A DNA stretch of 64,000 nucleotides. Source: a virus (taxonomy: Duplodnaviria; Caudoviricetes). The notes beneath the pieces are model-generated. The model saw only the letters and a list, made by a program, of their open reading frames with translations. It made no database searches and was not told the DNA's origin. The position numbers were made by a program, and so were the translations under genes. Location of the stretch: IMG/VR virus record IMGVR_UViG_3300024346_000006; one strand, 5' to 3'. This document shows, in pieces, positions 17,858-27,767 of this stretch (positions are counted from its first letter, which is position 1; every line of letters begins with the position of its first letter).

Positions 17858-19230
17858 ATTTTTATCTCCACACTTCCGATTTTTTTCTTTCCTTCGTTTT
17901 GAAAATTCTTATAGGATGATGTACTCACTTCTGATACAATATCATTTTGTGCAGAATTTTCTGCATCGTAAAGACGCATCTTTGGCCTATCGATTCCAAC
18001 AACAAAGCGTTTATTATTGTTAATATCATTATATCTATTCTTCAACTGTTTAACCAAAATCTGATTCATGTCTTCCAACTCTTCAGTAGATATTAACGCA
18101 AACATCAAGTCTGCAGTCGCAGGAAGTCCAAATGACTCTGAAGTATCTGTTAATTCAACATCTGTATTTGAGTAACCAGAACGAGTAGTCTGTGTTGCGG
18201 TGATGATAGGTACATCATTCTCAACAGCAAGTCCTCTCAGTTCTTCTGCGATTGATTTTACAAGTGTATAAGAGTTTATACCAGCACCATAACGTATTCT
18301 TGCAGAACTACAAATATTCAAATAGTCAATGAATATAACATCTGGTGTAAAGTTCTTTTTGATTTGTAATTCATTCAACAAATGTCTAAAGTGATTTGCA
18401 TTAGCAACTGCAGTTGGATACTCTTTAATAATCAACTTACCAGTAGTTTTATTTTTAATCTTTTCTATTTTCTTTTCGAATGCAGATTTGGAAATACTTG
18501 AAACATCTGCGATAGAAATGTTAAGTAAGTTGGCATCAATTCTTTCTGCAATTTTTTCTTCAGACATTTCTAATGTAATGTATAAAACGTTTTTCCCCAT
18601 CATATAATGGTTTGCAGCGAGATCACACATAAACAAAGATTTACCAACACCAGTACCAGCAAGAGCAACATTTAATGTTTTGTTTGATAGTCCACCTTTG
18701 GTAATTTCGTTGAACAAGTCCAAATGAAAAGGTATCTTCTCTTCTACTCTATTGTAAAACTCAAATCTATCTTCAAAGTTATCGACAAAATCATGGCCAA
18801 TATGTGTATCAAACGATACCGCAAGTGCATCTTGTAATATTTTTGGTAAGTCACCTTTTTGGTCTTGATGGTCGTTCAATATACCAATCGATTTCATGAC
18901 TGCATTATATAATGCACGTTCTTGACACCACTTTTCGGTATGATCTACTTGCCAGTCAGTTTCTTTCTCATCTGTTTCTTTTAATTTCTCAATGAGGATA
19001 AGTGACTCTTTAAAATTATTTTCACTTAAACTAACATCATCTAATGATATCATCAAAGAGTCTTTGGTTGGCGTAGTATTGTATTTTTCGACATGACTAC
19101 GAATCAACTCAAATATAACTTTATTTGACTCACTAGTAAAATAGTCTTTTTCTAGGTATGGTAATGTTCTTCGCACATAATCTTCATTAGAATATAATGC
19201 ACTTAGAATTACACTTTCACTTAATTCCAT
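17854..19230 (-). CDS. gp41: Replicative DNA helicase (T4 gp41-like)
   Basis: ALAGTGVGKS, YITLEMSEE, FIDYLNI, TATQTTRSG, ESFGLPATAD, QLKNRY. Confidence 0.97.
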   Translation of the reverse strand: MELSESVILSALYSNEDYVRRTLPYLEKDYFTSESNKVIFELIRSHVEKYNTTPTKDSLMISLDDVSLSENNFKESLILIEKLKETDEKETDWQVDHTEKWCQERALYNAVMKSIGILNDHQDQKGDLPKILQDALAVSFDTHIGHDFVDNFEDRFEFYNRVEEKIPFHLDLFNEITKGGLSNKTLNVALAGTGVGKSLFMCDLAANHYMMGKNVLYITLEMSEEKIAERIDANLLNISIADVSSISKSAFEKKIEKIKNKTTGKLIIKEYPTAVANANHFRHLLNELQIKKNFTPDVIFIDYLNICSSARIRYGAGINSYTLVKSIAEELRGLAVENDVPIITATQTTRSGYSNTDVELTDTSESFGLPATADLMFALISTEELEDMNQILVKQLKNRYNDINNNKRFVVGIDRPKMRLYDAENSAQNDIVSEVSTSSYKNFQNEGKKKIGSVEIKI

Positions 19231-19549
19231 TCAATTTATCCGCTTCATTATAAAGTTTTTTTGCTTCGGACTCTAAGGTCTTCGCTCTATTATGTAGTTC
19301 TAAAATCTTTTCTTCTTTAGTTAAAGTTTTTTTTTGATCGATCAAAGTAATTGTTTCTGGTTCTTTATCTTCAGTACCATAAACTTCTTTCCACTTATCT
19401 GCAGGACATCTTAGATTTGCAATCTTTGCTTTTGCAGGCATAAAACATCCACACTTTTTACATACGAGGGCCAAACCTTGAAAGTGTTCGCACCCTCTAC
19501 AAGTATTGAGTCTTTGTTTATACACATGTTTAGAAGCAAAGATTTTCAT
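19217..19549 (-). CDS. Cys-rich small hypothetical protein with C-terminal coiled coil
   Basis: RLNTCRGCEHF...CKKCGCFM...CPADKW. Confidence 0.6.
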   Translation of the reverse strand: MKIFASKHVYKQRLNTCRGCEHFQGLALVCKKCGCFMPAKAKIANLRCPADKWKEVYGTEDKEPETITLIDQKKTLTKEEKILELHNRAKTLESEAKKLYNEADKLNGIK

Positions 19550-20565
19550 CTAATACCAACTCTATATTTCTTTTTCAAGAAGTCATTGAACTTAGAGTCC
19601 GCCAGTAGGGTTTCCCAAAACTCCATGGAATGAGTTTCTTTTTCACGAAACTTCTTATCATCAACCGCACCAGTTTCTGGATCAACCATTTGATACCATC
19701 CACCAGATCTAGATATTACACCATAATCTAGTGCCATGTCAAGAAGACCTGATGAATTATCTACACCATTTTCCCAAGAAACTGAAATGGGGATTTTAGA
19801 CTTCTCTCTGACAAACCTAGACTTCTCCACATTGATTACAAAATGATAACCTTGGATTTCGGCACCAACTTTATCCTGCTGTCTACCTACAATCCAAATT
19901 GTATCTGCACTATAGTACATACCTGTTCCACCAGAAACTACCTTCGTTGGATACAGACCCTGTGAGTCATATGTATGATTAATTGCAACCATTGGAATAT
20001 CTTTCATTGTTAGATGTGGAGTTATCATTCTAAACAAAGATTTAAATTGTTTTGCTCTTGTCATATCAGCGGCAGACTTTTGATTCTCTGCATCGTCTAC
20101 TTCTTTTTTGGATGCAAGGTTTCCTACAGAATCAACCATGATGAAAAGTTTATCTTCTGTTTGAATTTCTTTTAATTGCGAAACCATATCAAATTTTAAT
20201 TCTTCCAGATCAGTAACTGGAATGTGAACTACTCTTGAAGTGTCAATTTCAAACACATCAAAATAATTCTGCGGCGTGCCAAACTCACTATCATAAAAAA
20301 GTGCAACACCTTCTGGATACTTGTCAAGATATGCCTTCATCATAATCAATCCAAACGCAGTCTTGAAGTGTTTACTTGGGCCTGCAACCATAGTCAACCC
20401 AGATGTGTATCCTTTATCTAACGAACCAGAAAACGCAACATTCATTGCAGGAATGTTTGTAGGAATATTATCCTTTTCGTGTAGAAATGGAGACTCAGAA
20501 AGAGTGTTTACTCTTCCATCTTTGAAAGAACTATTCTTTCTCAATTTACTCATTAATCCCGACAT
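19546..20565 (-). CDS. uvsX: RecA-like recombinase UvsX
   Basis: AGPSKHFKT, FYDSEFG, DSVGNLASKKE, ADMTRAK, VSGGTG, VEKSRFVREK. Confidence 0.96.
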   Translation of the reverse strand: MSGLMSKLRKNSSFKDGRVNTLSESPFLHEKDNIPTNIPAMNVAFSGSLDKGYTSGLTMVAGPSKHFKTAFGLIMMKAYLDKYPEGVALFYDSEFGTPQNYFDVFEIDTSRVVHIPVTDLEELKFDMVSQLKEIQTEDKLFIMVDSVGNLASKKEVDDAENQKSAADMTRAKQFKSLFRMITPHLTMKDIPMVAINHTYDSQGLYPTKVVSGGTGMYYSADTIWIVGRQQDKVGAEIQGYHFVINVEKSRFVREKSKIPISVSWENGVDNSSGLLDMALDYGVISRSGGWYQMVDPETGAVDDKKFREKETHSMEFWETLLADSKFNDFLKKKYRVGIR

Positions 20566-20577
20566 ATTATTCTCCTA

Positions 20578-23106
20578 TTAAAAAAAATCGTCTATTGTGA
20601 ATATTTTTTCAACCTTCCATCCAATCGCATCGGTGATGGTTTTAATTGGATCAAGGAAGGCCTTTTCGAATTGTTTTGTATAATCAATGTAATCATTTAA
20701 TCCAAACTCATCTGGAATAATTGATGCCATTGCAATGGTATTATTACCGATTGGATTTGGTTCTTTAAGGTAAACAAACTTAATCTTTTCGCCCTCCTTA
20801 ATAATTGGATAAGTCATATCCAATTTATGTTTCTTAACCAAATTATTGAAATGAATAACTCCTTTTACATGGATGGGCGTTCCCTTCTTGAATAGTGATA
20901 CAGAATCGAAATACTTTCGTAATCCGTTAACACTTCTAGGAAATGCAACTTCGTCTACAGGAAAAGTTTTAAAGTCTTCTCTAAAAGTGTCGATAAACTC
21001 AATAAGTTCATCATTATCACCACCCATAATAACCTTAAAGGATTCTTTTAACTTGTCCCGACATGCGGCCGGAGTAGATGATCGAACCGCCTCAATACCC
21101 ATGATTTTTAGGTCTGGTTTTTTGAATCGAACACCTTCACTATCATGAACATTTAGAATATATCTTTTCTTTGCAGTCCACAATCCTTTTGATGCAATCA
21201 CTTCTCTTTTCATGAACATCTTCTGTTCATATGCATTCATATACGAAGCAAGTTCTTGATAACTGCGATCAATAAAAGGTTCAAATTTCTCCTGAGCGAC
21301 TCTATCAAGAAAGTTAACAATTCGTTCCGTTTGTACACCACCCTCAATCGTCTCTCCTGCAGTTCCTTGGTCAAACACTTTATGTACCAAGTCACCAAGA
21401 GTGACGTATATCGAATCCGTATCGCTTGCAATAACATAATTCTTTTCTTGTTCATTTTGTAGAATTTTGTTAACATATTGATTTACCTTTTTTTCAATCC
21501 ATCTGATAGATAACTGTCCAGATAGAGTGATAGACTCCGCCTGTCTAATGTCGAAATACCTAAAGTACTGATTCCCCAACGCACCATAGGCGGAGTTGAG
21601 AAGAATCTTTGCGGCCATCTGTTTGTTGTTAAGTGCGGCAATTTTTTGATCTAGTTCTTTGAGGTCGCCGATACCATCAATTTTCTTTTGTTTTGTCTTC
21701 AACATTTCCTTCTTGTACAAAACTCTGTCATCATACATCTTTTGCATAAGTTTTGGGAGGAAACCTTTCTTGTCATTATTATATAGAACACCATTGGGGG
21801 TAAGTGACAAGTTACTCTTAGAAATAATTTCTGTATTTGTTTTCATTTCTAATAGATCATCAACGGACGTATCTACTCTATCAGTTTCAACCAAAGTTTC
21901 AGGCGAAATGTTGTACTGCATAATAAGGTGCGGATATAGACTGTTCAAGTCAAACGAAAGAATCCAGTCATGCATTCCGACAGTTGGTTCCTTTACATAT
22001 GCACCGGCGTATGCAGCAGTTTTACTGTTATGTCTTTTTGGGGGGATTACAATATTATCTTTTTTAAGATGATTAAATGCAATCGAGTCCCAAGTTTTGA
22101 TGGGGGAAAATACCTCATCATAGTTTACTCTCGCCTCGTATGCAATTGTAATCAACAGTTCCAAAAGTTTAAGTTTATCGTCAAGTTTATCGACAAGTTC
22201 AACGTCTTTGATATTATAGTCAATATACTTTTGATAATCCTCTTTGTAGAACAAGTGCATGTGTGAGAACTCTGAGTGATCTAACTTTCTTTCACCCAAC
22301 TCGACAAAGGCAATATGATCGAGGCGATAACTTTCTCTTGTCACATAGGTAAACTTTCGATATAAGTCAAGATAATCGACAATAGTAATACCAAGCACAT
22401 TAACTTGTTCTTGCAATTGTCCACGAATATTTTTTTGCATTCTATCTACAATGCCCCAAGGAGAAAGTCTTTTAGTGTTACTTTCTCCAAGAATTTTTGT
22501 GATACGATTTACAAGATAACTCATATCAAACTGATTAACATTCCAACCAGTCACAACATCAATATCTGCGGCCTCCCACAAATTTAAGAAAGACTTAAGA
22601 AGTTCAATCTCACTGGTACATTTGTAATACTTAATATTAAGATGGGACAATGACTCATTAGTGTTTTCCCAATCACCCAAACCAAGAACAGTGTACATAT
22701 CATCATACTTAAGAGTAATGGCGTTAACACGTTCTATTGCCTCTAGAGGATTGGGGAAACCGTTTTCACACTCAACTTCAATGTCAAGTGTTGCAATTCG
22801 AATCTTCTCCAAGTCAAATTCTAAATCTGAATAGTTATCTGCAATGTATGGATAAACAAACTGAGTCATTCCATAGAATGAAAGAATACCATCATTTTCT
22901 TTTATCTTTGCTCTTGCGGAAGATATATCTGGGAACTTTACCTTCCTCAAATACTTACCGTCAAGAGAACGATGTGATGTTTTTTCTTTTACTTCATAAA
23001 AAAGAGATGGCGAGTAAGAAGTGCGATACCTCTTACGCTCACCATCAACAGTTTCTTTGACAAGAATTTTATTTCCAAGATTTTGGATATTAGTATAAAA
23101 TCGCAT
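20578..23106 (-). CDS. gp43: Family B DNA polymerase (T4 gp43-like)
   Basis: Exo LDIEVE, GWNVNQFD, YNIKDVEL; pol SFDLNSLYPHL, KILLNSAYGALGN, ASDTDS, KKRY. Confidence 0.98.
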   Translation of the reverse strand: MRFYTNIQNLGNKILVKETVDGERKRYRTSYSPSLFYEVKEKTSHRSLDGKYLRKVKFPDISSARAKIKENDGILSFYGMTQFVYPYIADNYSDLEFDLEKIRIATLDIEVECENGFPNPLEAIERVNAITLKYDDMYTVLGLGDWENTNESLSHLNIKYYKCTSEIELLKSFLNLWEAADIDVVTGWNVNQFDMSYLVNRITKILGESNTKRLSPWGIVDRMQKNIRGQLQEQVNVLGITIVDYLDLYRKFTYVTRESYRLDHIAFVELGERKLDHSEFSHMHLFYKEDYQKYIDYNIKDVELVDKLDDKLKLLELLITIAYEARVNYDEVFSPIKTWDSIAFNHLKKDNIVIPPKRHNSKTAAYAGAYVKEPTVGMHDWILSFDLNSLYPHLIMQYNISPETLVETDRVDTSVDDLLEMKTNTEIISKSNLSLTPNGVLYNNDKKGFLPKLMQKMYDDRVLYKKEMLKTKQKKIDGIGDLKELDQKIAALNNKQMAAKILLNSAYGALGNQYFRYFDIRQAESITLSGQLSIRWIEKKVNQYVNKILQNEQEKNYVIASDTDSIYVTLGDLVHKVFDQGTAGETIEGGVQTERIVNFLDRVAQEKFEPFIDRSYQELASYMNAYEQKMFMKREVIASKGLWTAKKRYILNVHDSEGVRFKKPDLKIMGIEAVRSSTPAACRDKLKESFKVIMGGDNDELIEFIDTFREDFKTFPVDEVAFPRSVNGLRKYFDSVSLFKKGTPIHVKGVIHFNNLVKKHKLDMTYPIIKEGEKIKFVYLKEPNPIGNNTIAMASIIPDEFGLNDYIDYTKQFEKAFLDPIKTITDAIGWKVEKIFTIDDFF

Positions 23107-23135
23107 GATTCCTCATTATGTAAATTACTAGGTGT

Positions 23136-23164
23136 ATTATATCACACAACGCACAATAAGTCAA
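23136..23164 (-). promoter_or_regulatory. sigma70-type promoter upstream of gp43
   Basis: TTGACT-17 nt-TATAAT with TG extension. Confidence 0.8.
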
Positions 23165-23167
23165 TCA

Positions 23168-23512
23168 CTAAACTTTAACAAATCCGTGATTTCCGCCTTT
23201 TGGTGTTTTGAGTGTTGGCGTGCTTGGTGGAAGAACCAATCCACTTCCAAATATTTTATTGTATTCATTAGTCAACTCATTTACAGGGTCGACAATAAAT
23301 CCAACATATGATTTGGCAACTGTAATTCCATCTGAAGATTTTGTATATGGCATAAAGGGTGCCAGTCCTACTCTTGCAGTAGCGGTTGTTGTATCAGCAT
23401 AAGAAGTGGCAATCTGACATACATCTTTTATGTAGATAGTGCCATCTTCTTTTTCTGATACATCACCCATAATCTCTTCACCAGAAATTAGCCGAAGAAC
23501 CTTAACTGCCAT
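23168..23512 (-). CDS. Conserved T4-like hypothetical protein (Sm-like fold plausible)
   Basis: VKVLRLISGEEIMG...GLAPFMPY...YNKIFGSGLVLP. Confidence 0.6.
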   Translation of the reverse strand: MAVKVLRLISGEEIMGDVSEKEDGTIYIKDVCQIATSYADTTTATARVGLAPFMPYTKSSDGITVAKSYVGFIVDPVNELTNEYNKIFGSGLVLPPSTPTLKTPKGGNHGFVKV

Positions 23513-23804
23513 CAGTTGTTTCTGTAGGTTCAGTTGTTTCTACAGGTTCTGGGGTTTCCACTGTTTGTGGGACTGGTTGCTGTTGAATATTTGCAAAATA
23601 CTGAATTACAGTTTTCAATTTGTCTTCTGCCATTGCAAGGCGACAAAGCTGTTCATCCATTGCTTCAATCAAATCACTATGTTCACCAACACCTACAGAA
23701 TTTTCAAAATATGTTTGAAGATTTGCAATTGCCATATCTCTTTCATATTCATATTTTCTAATAAGTGCTCTCAGTTTCATACTATTGGAATAATCGAACT
23801 TCAT
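23502..23804 (-). CDS. Hypothetical protein
   Basis: 100 aa; VGVGEHSDL motif, P/E/T-rich tail. Confidence 0.55.
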   Translation of the reverse strand: MKFDYSNSMKLRALIRKYEYERDMAIANLQTYFENSVGVGEHSDLIEAMDEQLCRLAMAEDKLKTVIQYFANIQQQPVPQTVETPEPVETTEPTETTDGS

Positions 23805-24129
23805 CCGCTTTCGCTCCTTTTTTTATCCATTTTTTTTCATTTTTAATGTGTGTTCTTAAACGTTTTTGTAACTCTCTACTTTCTTGAGTGTCACCTAACC
23901 ATTTAATAACTCTTCTTTCGAACCATGCCCATTCCATGTTTAATATTTTCTGTACAACAGCGGGATGGGCAACTACGATTTTTTTGTTATTCAATAAGTC
24001 TTGAATTAAAAGGTCATTTGGCAATCCTGGCGAGAATTCAATATCTCCCATTTCTCCAGAATTTTTAGAAACCTTATAAACCTTATCATCACTCATCTCA
24101 ATTTCGGTTTCTTGTTTTGTTAATTTCAT
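23782..24129 (-). CDS. Hypothetical protein
   Basis: 115 aa ORF, TAATG coupling with upstream gene. Confidence 0.5.
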   Translation of the reverse strand: MKLTKQETEIEMSDDKVYKVSKNSGEMGDIEFSPGLPNDLLIQDLLNNKKIVVAHPAVVQKILNMEWAWFERRVIKWLGDTQESRELQKRLRTHIKNEKKWIKKGAKADEVRLFQ

Positions 24130-24317
24130 TAACTATCGCCTTTAACAATCCATTCTTTTTCGTCTTGAATTTCTGCACGGCGTGTTTTGCACAACTTCAT
24201 CAATTCATTAAGGTGTTTTCTTGCACGAATTCCTGCAGACTTATTACCTTTCAGAAATTTTTCATTTTCTAATTTATATTGTTCTAACTCAATTGTTAGT
24301 TGGTCATGTGTTTCCAT
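24129..24317 (-). CDS. Small basic histone-like (Hc1-like) DNA-binding protein
   Basis: EKFLKGNKSAGIRARKHLNELMKLCKTRRAEIQ. Confidence 0.6.
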   Translation of the reverse strand: METHDQLTIELEQYKLENEKFLKGNKSAGIRARKHLNELMKLCKTRRAEIQDEKEWIVKGDS

Positions 24318-24338
24318 TTTTAATCCTCATCAAATGAT

Positions 24339-24366
24339 GGGGGGAATGGTTCCCCCCCAATTTTTT
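24339..24366. terminator. GC hairpin after hsp20, intrinsic-terminator-like
   Basis: GGGGGGAA-TGG-TTCCCCCC stem; T-run on plus side, weak U-tail on minus side. Confidence 0.55.
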
Positions 24367-24832
24367 ACTCTACCAAAAATTTTTTCTTTTTATTTGGCAG
24401 TGTTTTAGAACCACCGATATCAATTCGGCGAGGTTTCTTTTCCTCTGGGATTACATGTTCTAATTCAATAACAAGCAATCCATTAACTAATTCAGCACCC
24501 ACTACAATAATATCGGCATTTAGTGTAAAGGTTCTTTCAAAGTCCTTTCCAGAAATACCTCTATGTAGGAATGCAGAATCATTTTGTTTTTCTTGGACAG
24601 AACCTTTTACTAGTAGAATACTTTCTTTTACTTCTACTTCAAGTTCGTCTTCCGAAAATCCAGAAACTGCGAGTTCGATACGATATTTCGAATCTGTTTC
24701 TTTAATTACATTGTATGGGGGATAGTTTTGCGTTGTTGCTTGAGTCATTGCCTCAAGTTCATTAAACAATCTATCAAACCCGACACTGTAACGCATAAAT
24801 GGGTCTAAACTTCTTAATCTTGTACTAACCAT
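24365..24832 (-). CDS. hsp20: Small heat shock protein Hsp20 (IbpA-like)
   Basis: Start 24832 with AGGAGG SD; SVGFDRLF, NYPPYNV, ELAVSGF, HRGIS...FERTFTL, NGLLVIEL. Confidence 0.95.
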   Translation of the reverse strand: MVSTRLRSLDPFMRYSVGFDRLFNELEAMTQATTQNYPPYNVIKETDSKYRIELAVSGFSEDELEVEVKESILLVKGSVQEKQNDSAFLHRGISGKDFERTFTLNADIIVVGAELVNGLLVIELEHVIPEEKKPRRIDIGGSKTLPNKKKKFLVE

Positions 24833-24925
24833 GTTTTTCCTCCTATATTTAGCAAGGTTTATGTACTGTCCCTTTCGGTAACATATGGATTTTACTGCGA
24901 TTGCACGATGGAATCCATGATCCAT
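24833..24925 (-). promoter_or_regulatory. Structured 5' UTR of hsp20 with ROSE-like SD-sequestering hairpin
   Basis: CCUUGCU-AAAUAU-AGGAGG hairpin (24839-24857) plus upstream AUGGAUU/AAUCCAU and CC-GAAA-GG stems. Confidence 0.65.
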
Positions 24926-24938
24926 ATACTATATATAA

Positions 24939-25325
24939 TCAATATATAATATTATTCAAGTCTGGTTGAAAAAAATTTGGGCCTTTTAGAACTTTTCCAT
25001 CATCTCTATAGATAGGTTTGCCGTCAAGTCCTAATTTAGACATATTAGAACGATGAACTTCATCGAAACATTTATCTAAGTCTATACCGTAGGCATGTCC
25101 AGCGCCATAGACAACATACAACAGATCAGTTAATGCATCTGCTACTTCTACTAAATCGTTGTCTAGGATTGATGCTGCCTTAAGTTCTTGCAACTCTTCT
25201 TCAATCAATTCATTTCTCAAATTAACAATTTCTTTACTTGGAAATTTTGCCTCTTTTACAACTTCTTGTTCAAAAGTTTCCATAAATTGTTTTACTTTTT
25301 CAAAATTAGTCATCAAGTAATTCAC
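24939..25325 (-). CDS. MazG-like NTP pyrophosphohydrolase
   Basis: LIEEELQEL...EVADALTDLLYVVYG...EVHRSNMSK...GKVLKGP. Confidence 0.88.
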   Translation of the reverse strand: MNYLMTNFEKVKQFMETFEQEVVKEAKFPSKEIVNLRNELIEEELQELKAASILDNDLVEVADALTDLLYVVYGAGHAYGIDLDKCFDEVHRSNMSKLGLDGKPIYRDDGKVLKGPNFFQPDLNNIIY

Positions 25326-25334
25326 CCTTTCAAA

Positions 25335-25724
25335 TTATTTTTTTCTACCAATATTATACTTTGGTACTAACTCCCAATTATCTTTTTCTTTATGAGAAAT
25401 GATTTTAATTTGAGAGATCGGGGCACTTTCAAATTCGTCTGTTTTAACAACATCGATTAATCCCCACTCTTTTAATAAATTTACAATTGTATTTCTTCTT
25501 GCCCTATCATTTTCAGAAAAGTCAGATGTTTTTCCATCAAGTTTAAACAACTCTTTGAAATGAACGATGTAATATTTTCCTTGTTTATGAAGAATATGGC
25601 AAGACTGAAAAAGTTTTCTATCTTTTTTTGATGCAACACCAATTCTAGTTAGTGTCTCTCTTATTTTTAAGAAGTCTTCTTGATCACCAAGTGCAACTTC
25701 CACTAAAGTTTCTAGTACTGACAT
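25335..25724 (-). CDS. regA: Translational repressor RegA
   Basis: DFLKIRETLTRIGVAS, QSCHILHKQGKYYIVHFKELF, NWELVPKY. Confidence 0.97.
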   Translation of the reverse strand: MSVLETLVEVALGDQEDFLKIRETLTRIGVASKKDRKLFQSCHILHKQGKYYIVHFKELFKLDGKTSDFSENDRARRNTIVNLLKEWGLIDVVKTDEFESAPISQIKIISHKEKDNWELVPKYNIGRKK

Positions 25725-25726
25725 AA

Positions 25727-26113
25727 TTATCCGCCTTTATTCAGCAGACTCTTTATATCCTCTATTTGTTCTTTTGTTAGGATATTAAGAACCTGTTCTG
25801 TTTTTTTATTATTATATCCATAATATTCTTTTACATAATCAAAGTCATTATGAATAGTCTTCTTATGCCAAGGAGAAAACCTTTTCCTTGGACGTATACT
25901 ATTTAGTAAATAATCGAATTGTAACTTATTATCAAGATTATGATATTTGTTCATTTCGTTGGCGTATAATATAGTGTCTTGGAAATTGGAATAGTTCTTG
26001 TTTACAAGATATGACTGATAGTTTTTCTCCCATTGTTCATCATTACTATCCATTAATCTCTTTTTTGTATGAGAGATTGCAGGAATGTAATCTTTAAATA
26101 AATCGTAACTCAT
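25727..26113 (-). CDS. gp62: Clamp loader small subunit
   Basis: ANEMN...LQFDYLLNSIRPRKRFSPW...KEYYGY; position between gp44 and regA. Confidence 0.92.
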   Translation of the reverse strand: MSYDLFKDYIPAISHTKKRLMDSNDEQWEKNYQSYLVNKNYSNFQDTILYANEMNKYHNLDNKLQFDYLLNSIRPRKRFSPWHKKTIHNDFDYVKEYYGYNNKKTEQVLNILTKEQIEDIKSLLNKGG

Positions 26114-27066
26114 TTCCAGTCACACTCTACCATTAGTTCAGTAAGACATGCAACTAGATTGATTTCCTGATCTGCAACAAAGGCAGACTTATACGAATAC
26201 TCTGCAATCGTTACAACTGCCTGAGGTATGGAAGATGGTTCCATATGATCGTATAATCCATCGTAGATACTTCTAAACAAAGTATTAGGGTCATTATCTA
26301 AATTTTGATTTACCCATCCACGCATATCAGTAAACTTTTTATCTTTTAGAGCGGATACCAATTTACCAAGATTGATTTCGCCAACACTAGTCAGAAGGCC
26401 TTCATCAATCTCTCCACCTATAGAGTAACGTTGTAACTCATTTAAAACTCTTCGCCAATCTGGGAAGTGTTTCATTACAAGTTGTTGGATAACTTTTTCT
26501 TTATACTTGATATTCTCGTTATCAAGAATCTTAAGAACCCTGTTATAAAAACCAGAAGCAAGTTTTGGTTTATCTTTTTTTGCAATCTTAAACTCTACTA
26601 GAGAACACCTACTATGAAGTGGTTCGATGATGCGATTTTTAAAATTACAAGTGAGAATAAATCTGCAATTGCCTGAGAATTCTTCGATAAACCCACGCAA
26701 AGCAGGCTGAGTCGATTGCGGATTGAGATAGTCTGCCTCATCTAAAATAATAACCTTTCCAAATTCTGCATCATCACTGGCGCTAAAACTTACAGTCGAT
26801 GCATAGTTTCTAATCTTAGTTCTAAGAGTGTCGATGTTTCCATCTTCAGAACCATTCACTAATATGTAGTCAACATTAAGTTCTTCACACAACGCCCTTG
26901 CAACAGTCGTTTTACCGATGCCAGGCCCTCCTGCAAGGAGTAGGTTAGGAAGACTACCGTTTTCTATAAACTCTTTGAAGGACGCCTTTAGGTCGTCCGG
27001 CAAGATACATTCGTCAATGGTTTTAGGGCGATATGACTCTACCCATAGATAATTCTCAGAACCCAT
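26110..27066 (-). CDS. gp44: Clamp loader large subunit
   Basis: LWVESYRPKTI, GGPGIGKTT, ILDEAD, PLHSRC, FPDWRR. Confidence 0.96.
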   Translation of the reverse strand: MGSENYLWVESYRPKTIDECILPDDLKASFKEFIENGSLPNLLLAGGPGIGKTTVARALCEELNVDYILVNGSEDGNIDTLRTKIRNYASTVSFSASDDAEFGKVIILDEADYLNPQSTQPALRGFIEEFSGNCRFILTCNFKNRIIEPLHSRCSLVEFKIAKKDKPKLASGFYNRVLKILDNENIKYKEKVIQQLVMKHFPDWRRVLNELQRYSIGGEIDEGLLTSVGEINLGKLVSALKDKKFTDMRGWVNQNLDNDPNTLFRSIYDGLYDHMEPSSIPQAVVTIAEYSYKSAFVADQEINLVACLTELMVECDWK

Positions 27067-27068
27067 TA

Positions 27069-27767
27069 TCACTCTCCGTAAACAGAATCTTGTTCAAGTG
27101 TAATCCAATACTGAATGGGAAGTTTCTGATGACGGAAAGTAGAGATTTTATTCTTAGAAATACTTACAGAATAATCACCTTCGATAAGTTTCAAGTTCTC
27201 AGACTTGAAAAACATTCTAAAGTTTTTATCGCTCACACCAACTGGTTCTTTTGCAACATTAGAGGTGTCATCTTTCTTGTCTAATGCACACAAGAATACC
27301 TTTTCATCATCACCAGTTTCCAAAGAAAAATCTGGAAGTCCACTTATAGATGCAACTTTATTGATTGTAGAAAGTGTTGCACTAGGAATACTAACATCAA
27401 TATCCCATGTTGGAGATGGTTTAGAGCCTGATGGATTGTTTTCTGACCCATCTAGTTCAAATGTATTTTCTGTATATACAATAATAGACGGTTCTGCAGC
27501 ATAGAACTTATAACTCTTTTCGCCATTATACATCATCACTTGCTTTTCTTGAAATTCAATTTCTGGGTATACTGACAACAGATTTAAAAACTTCGTCAAA
27601 TCATAGATACAAAAATCTACTGGAAATTCTTCAGTCACATCTGCAGCTGCAAGGATATTTCGCATCACGGAAATAGTCGAAATTCGATTACCTTTTTTAA
27701 GATAAACCGACTGATTAATAGTAGAATAATTTTTTAGAATATTCTGGGTTGTTTCACTCAATCTCAT
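27069..27767 (-). CDS. gp45: Sliding clamp
   Basis: MRLSETTQNILKNYSTINQS, IYDLTKFL, WITLEQDS; position upstream of gp44. Confidence 0.93.
   Translation of the reverse strand: MRLSETTQNILKNYSTINQSVYLKKGNRISTISVMRNILAAADVTEEFPVDFCIYDLTKFLNLLSVYPEIEFQEKQVMMYNGEKSYKFYAAEPSIIVYTENTFELDGSENNPSGSKPSPTWDIDVSIPSATLSTINKVASISGLPDFSLETGDDEKVFLCALDKKDDTSNVAKEPVGVSDKNFRMFFKSENLKLIEGDYSVSISKNKISTFRHQKLPIQYWITLEQDSVYGE

Noticed and set aside
24833-24925. N-terminal 31-aa extension of Hsp20 given by the ORF track
   Set aside because: A strong AGGAGG SD precedes ATG 24832; the upstream segment is better explained as a structured UTR.
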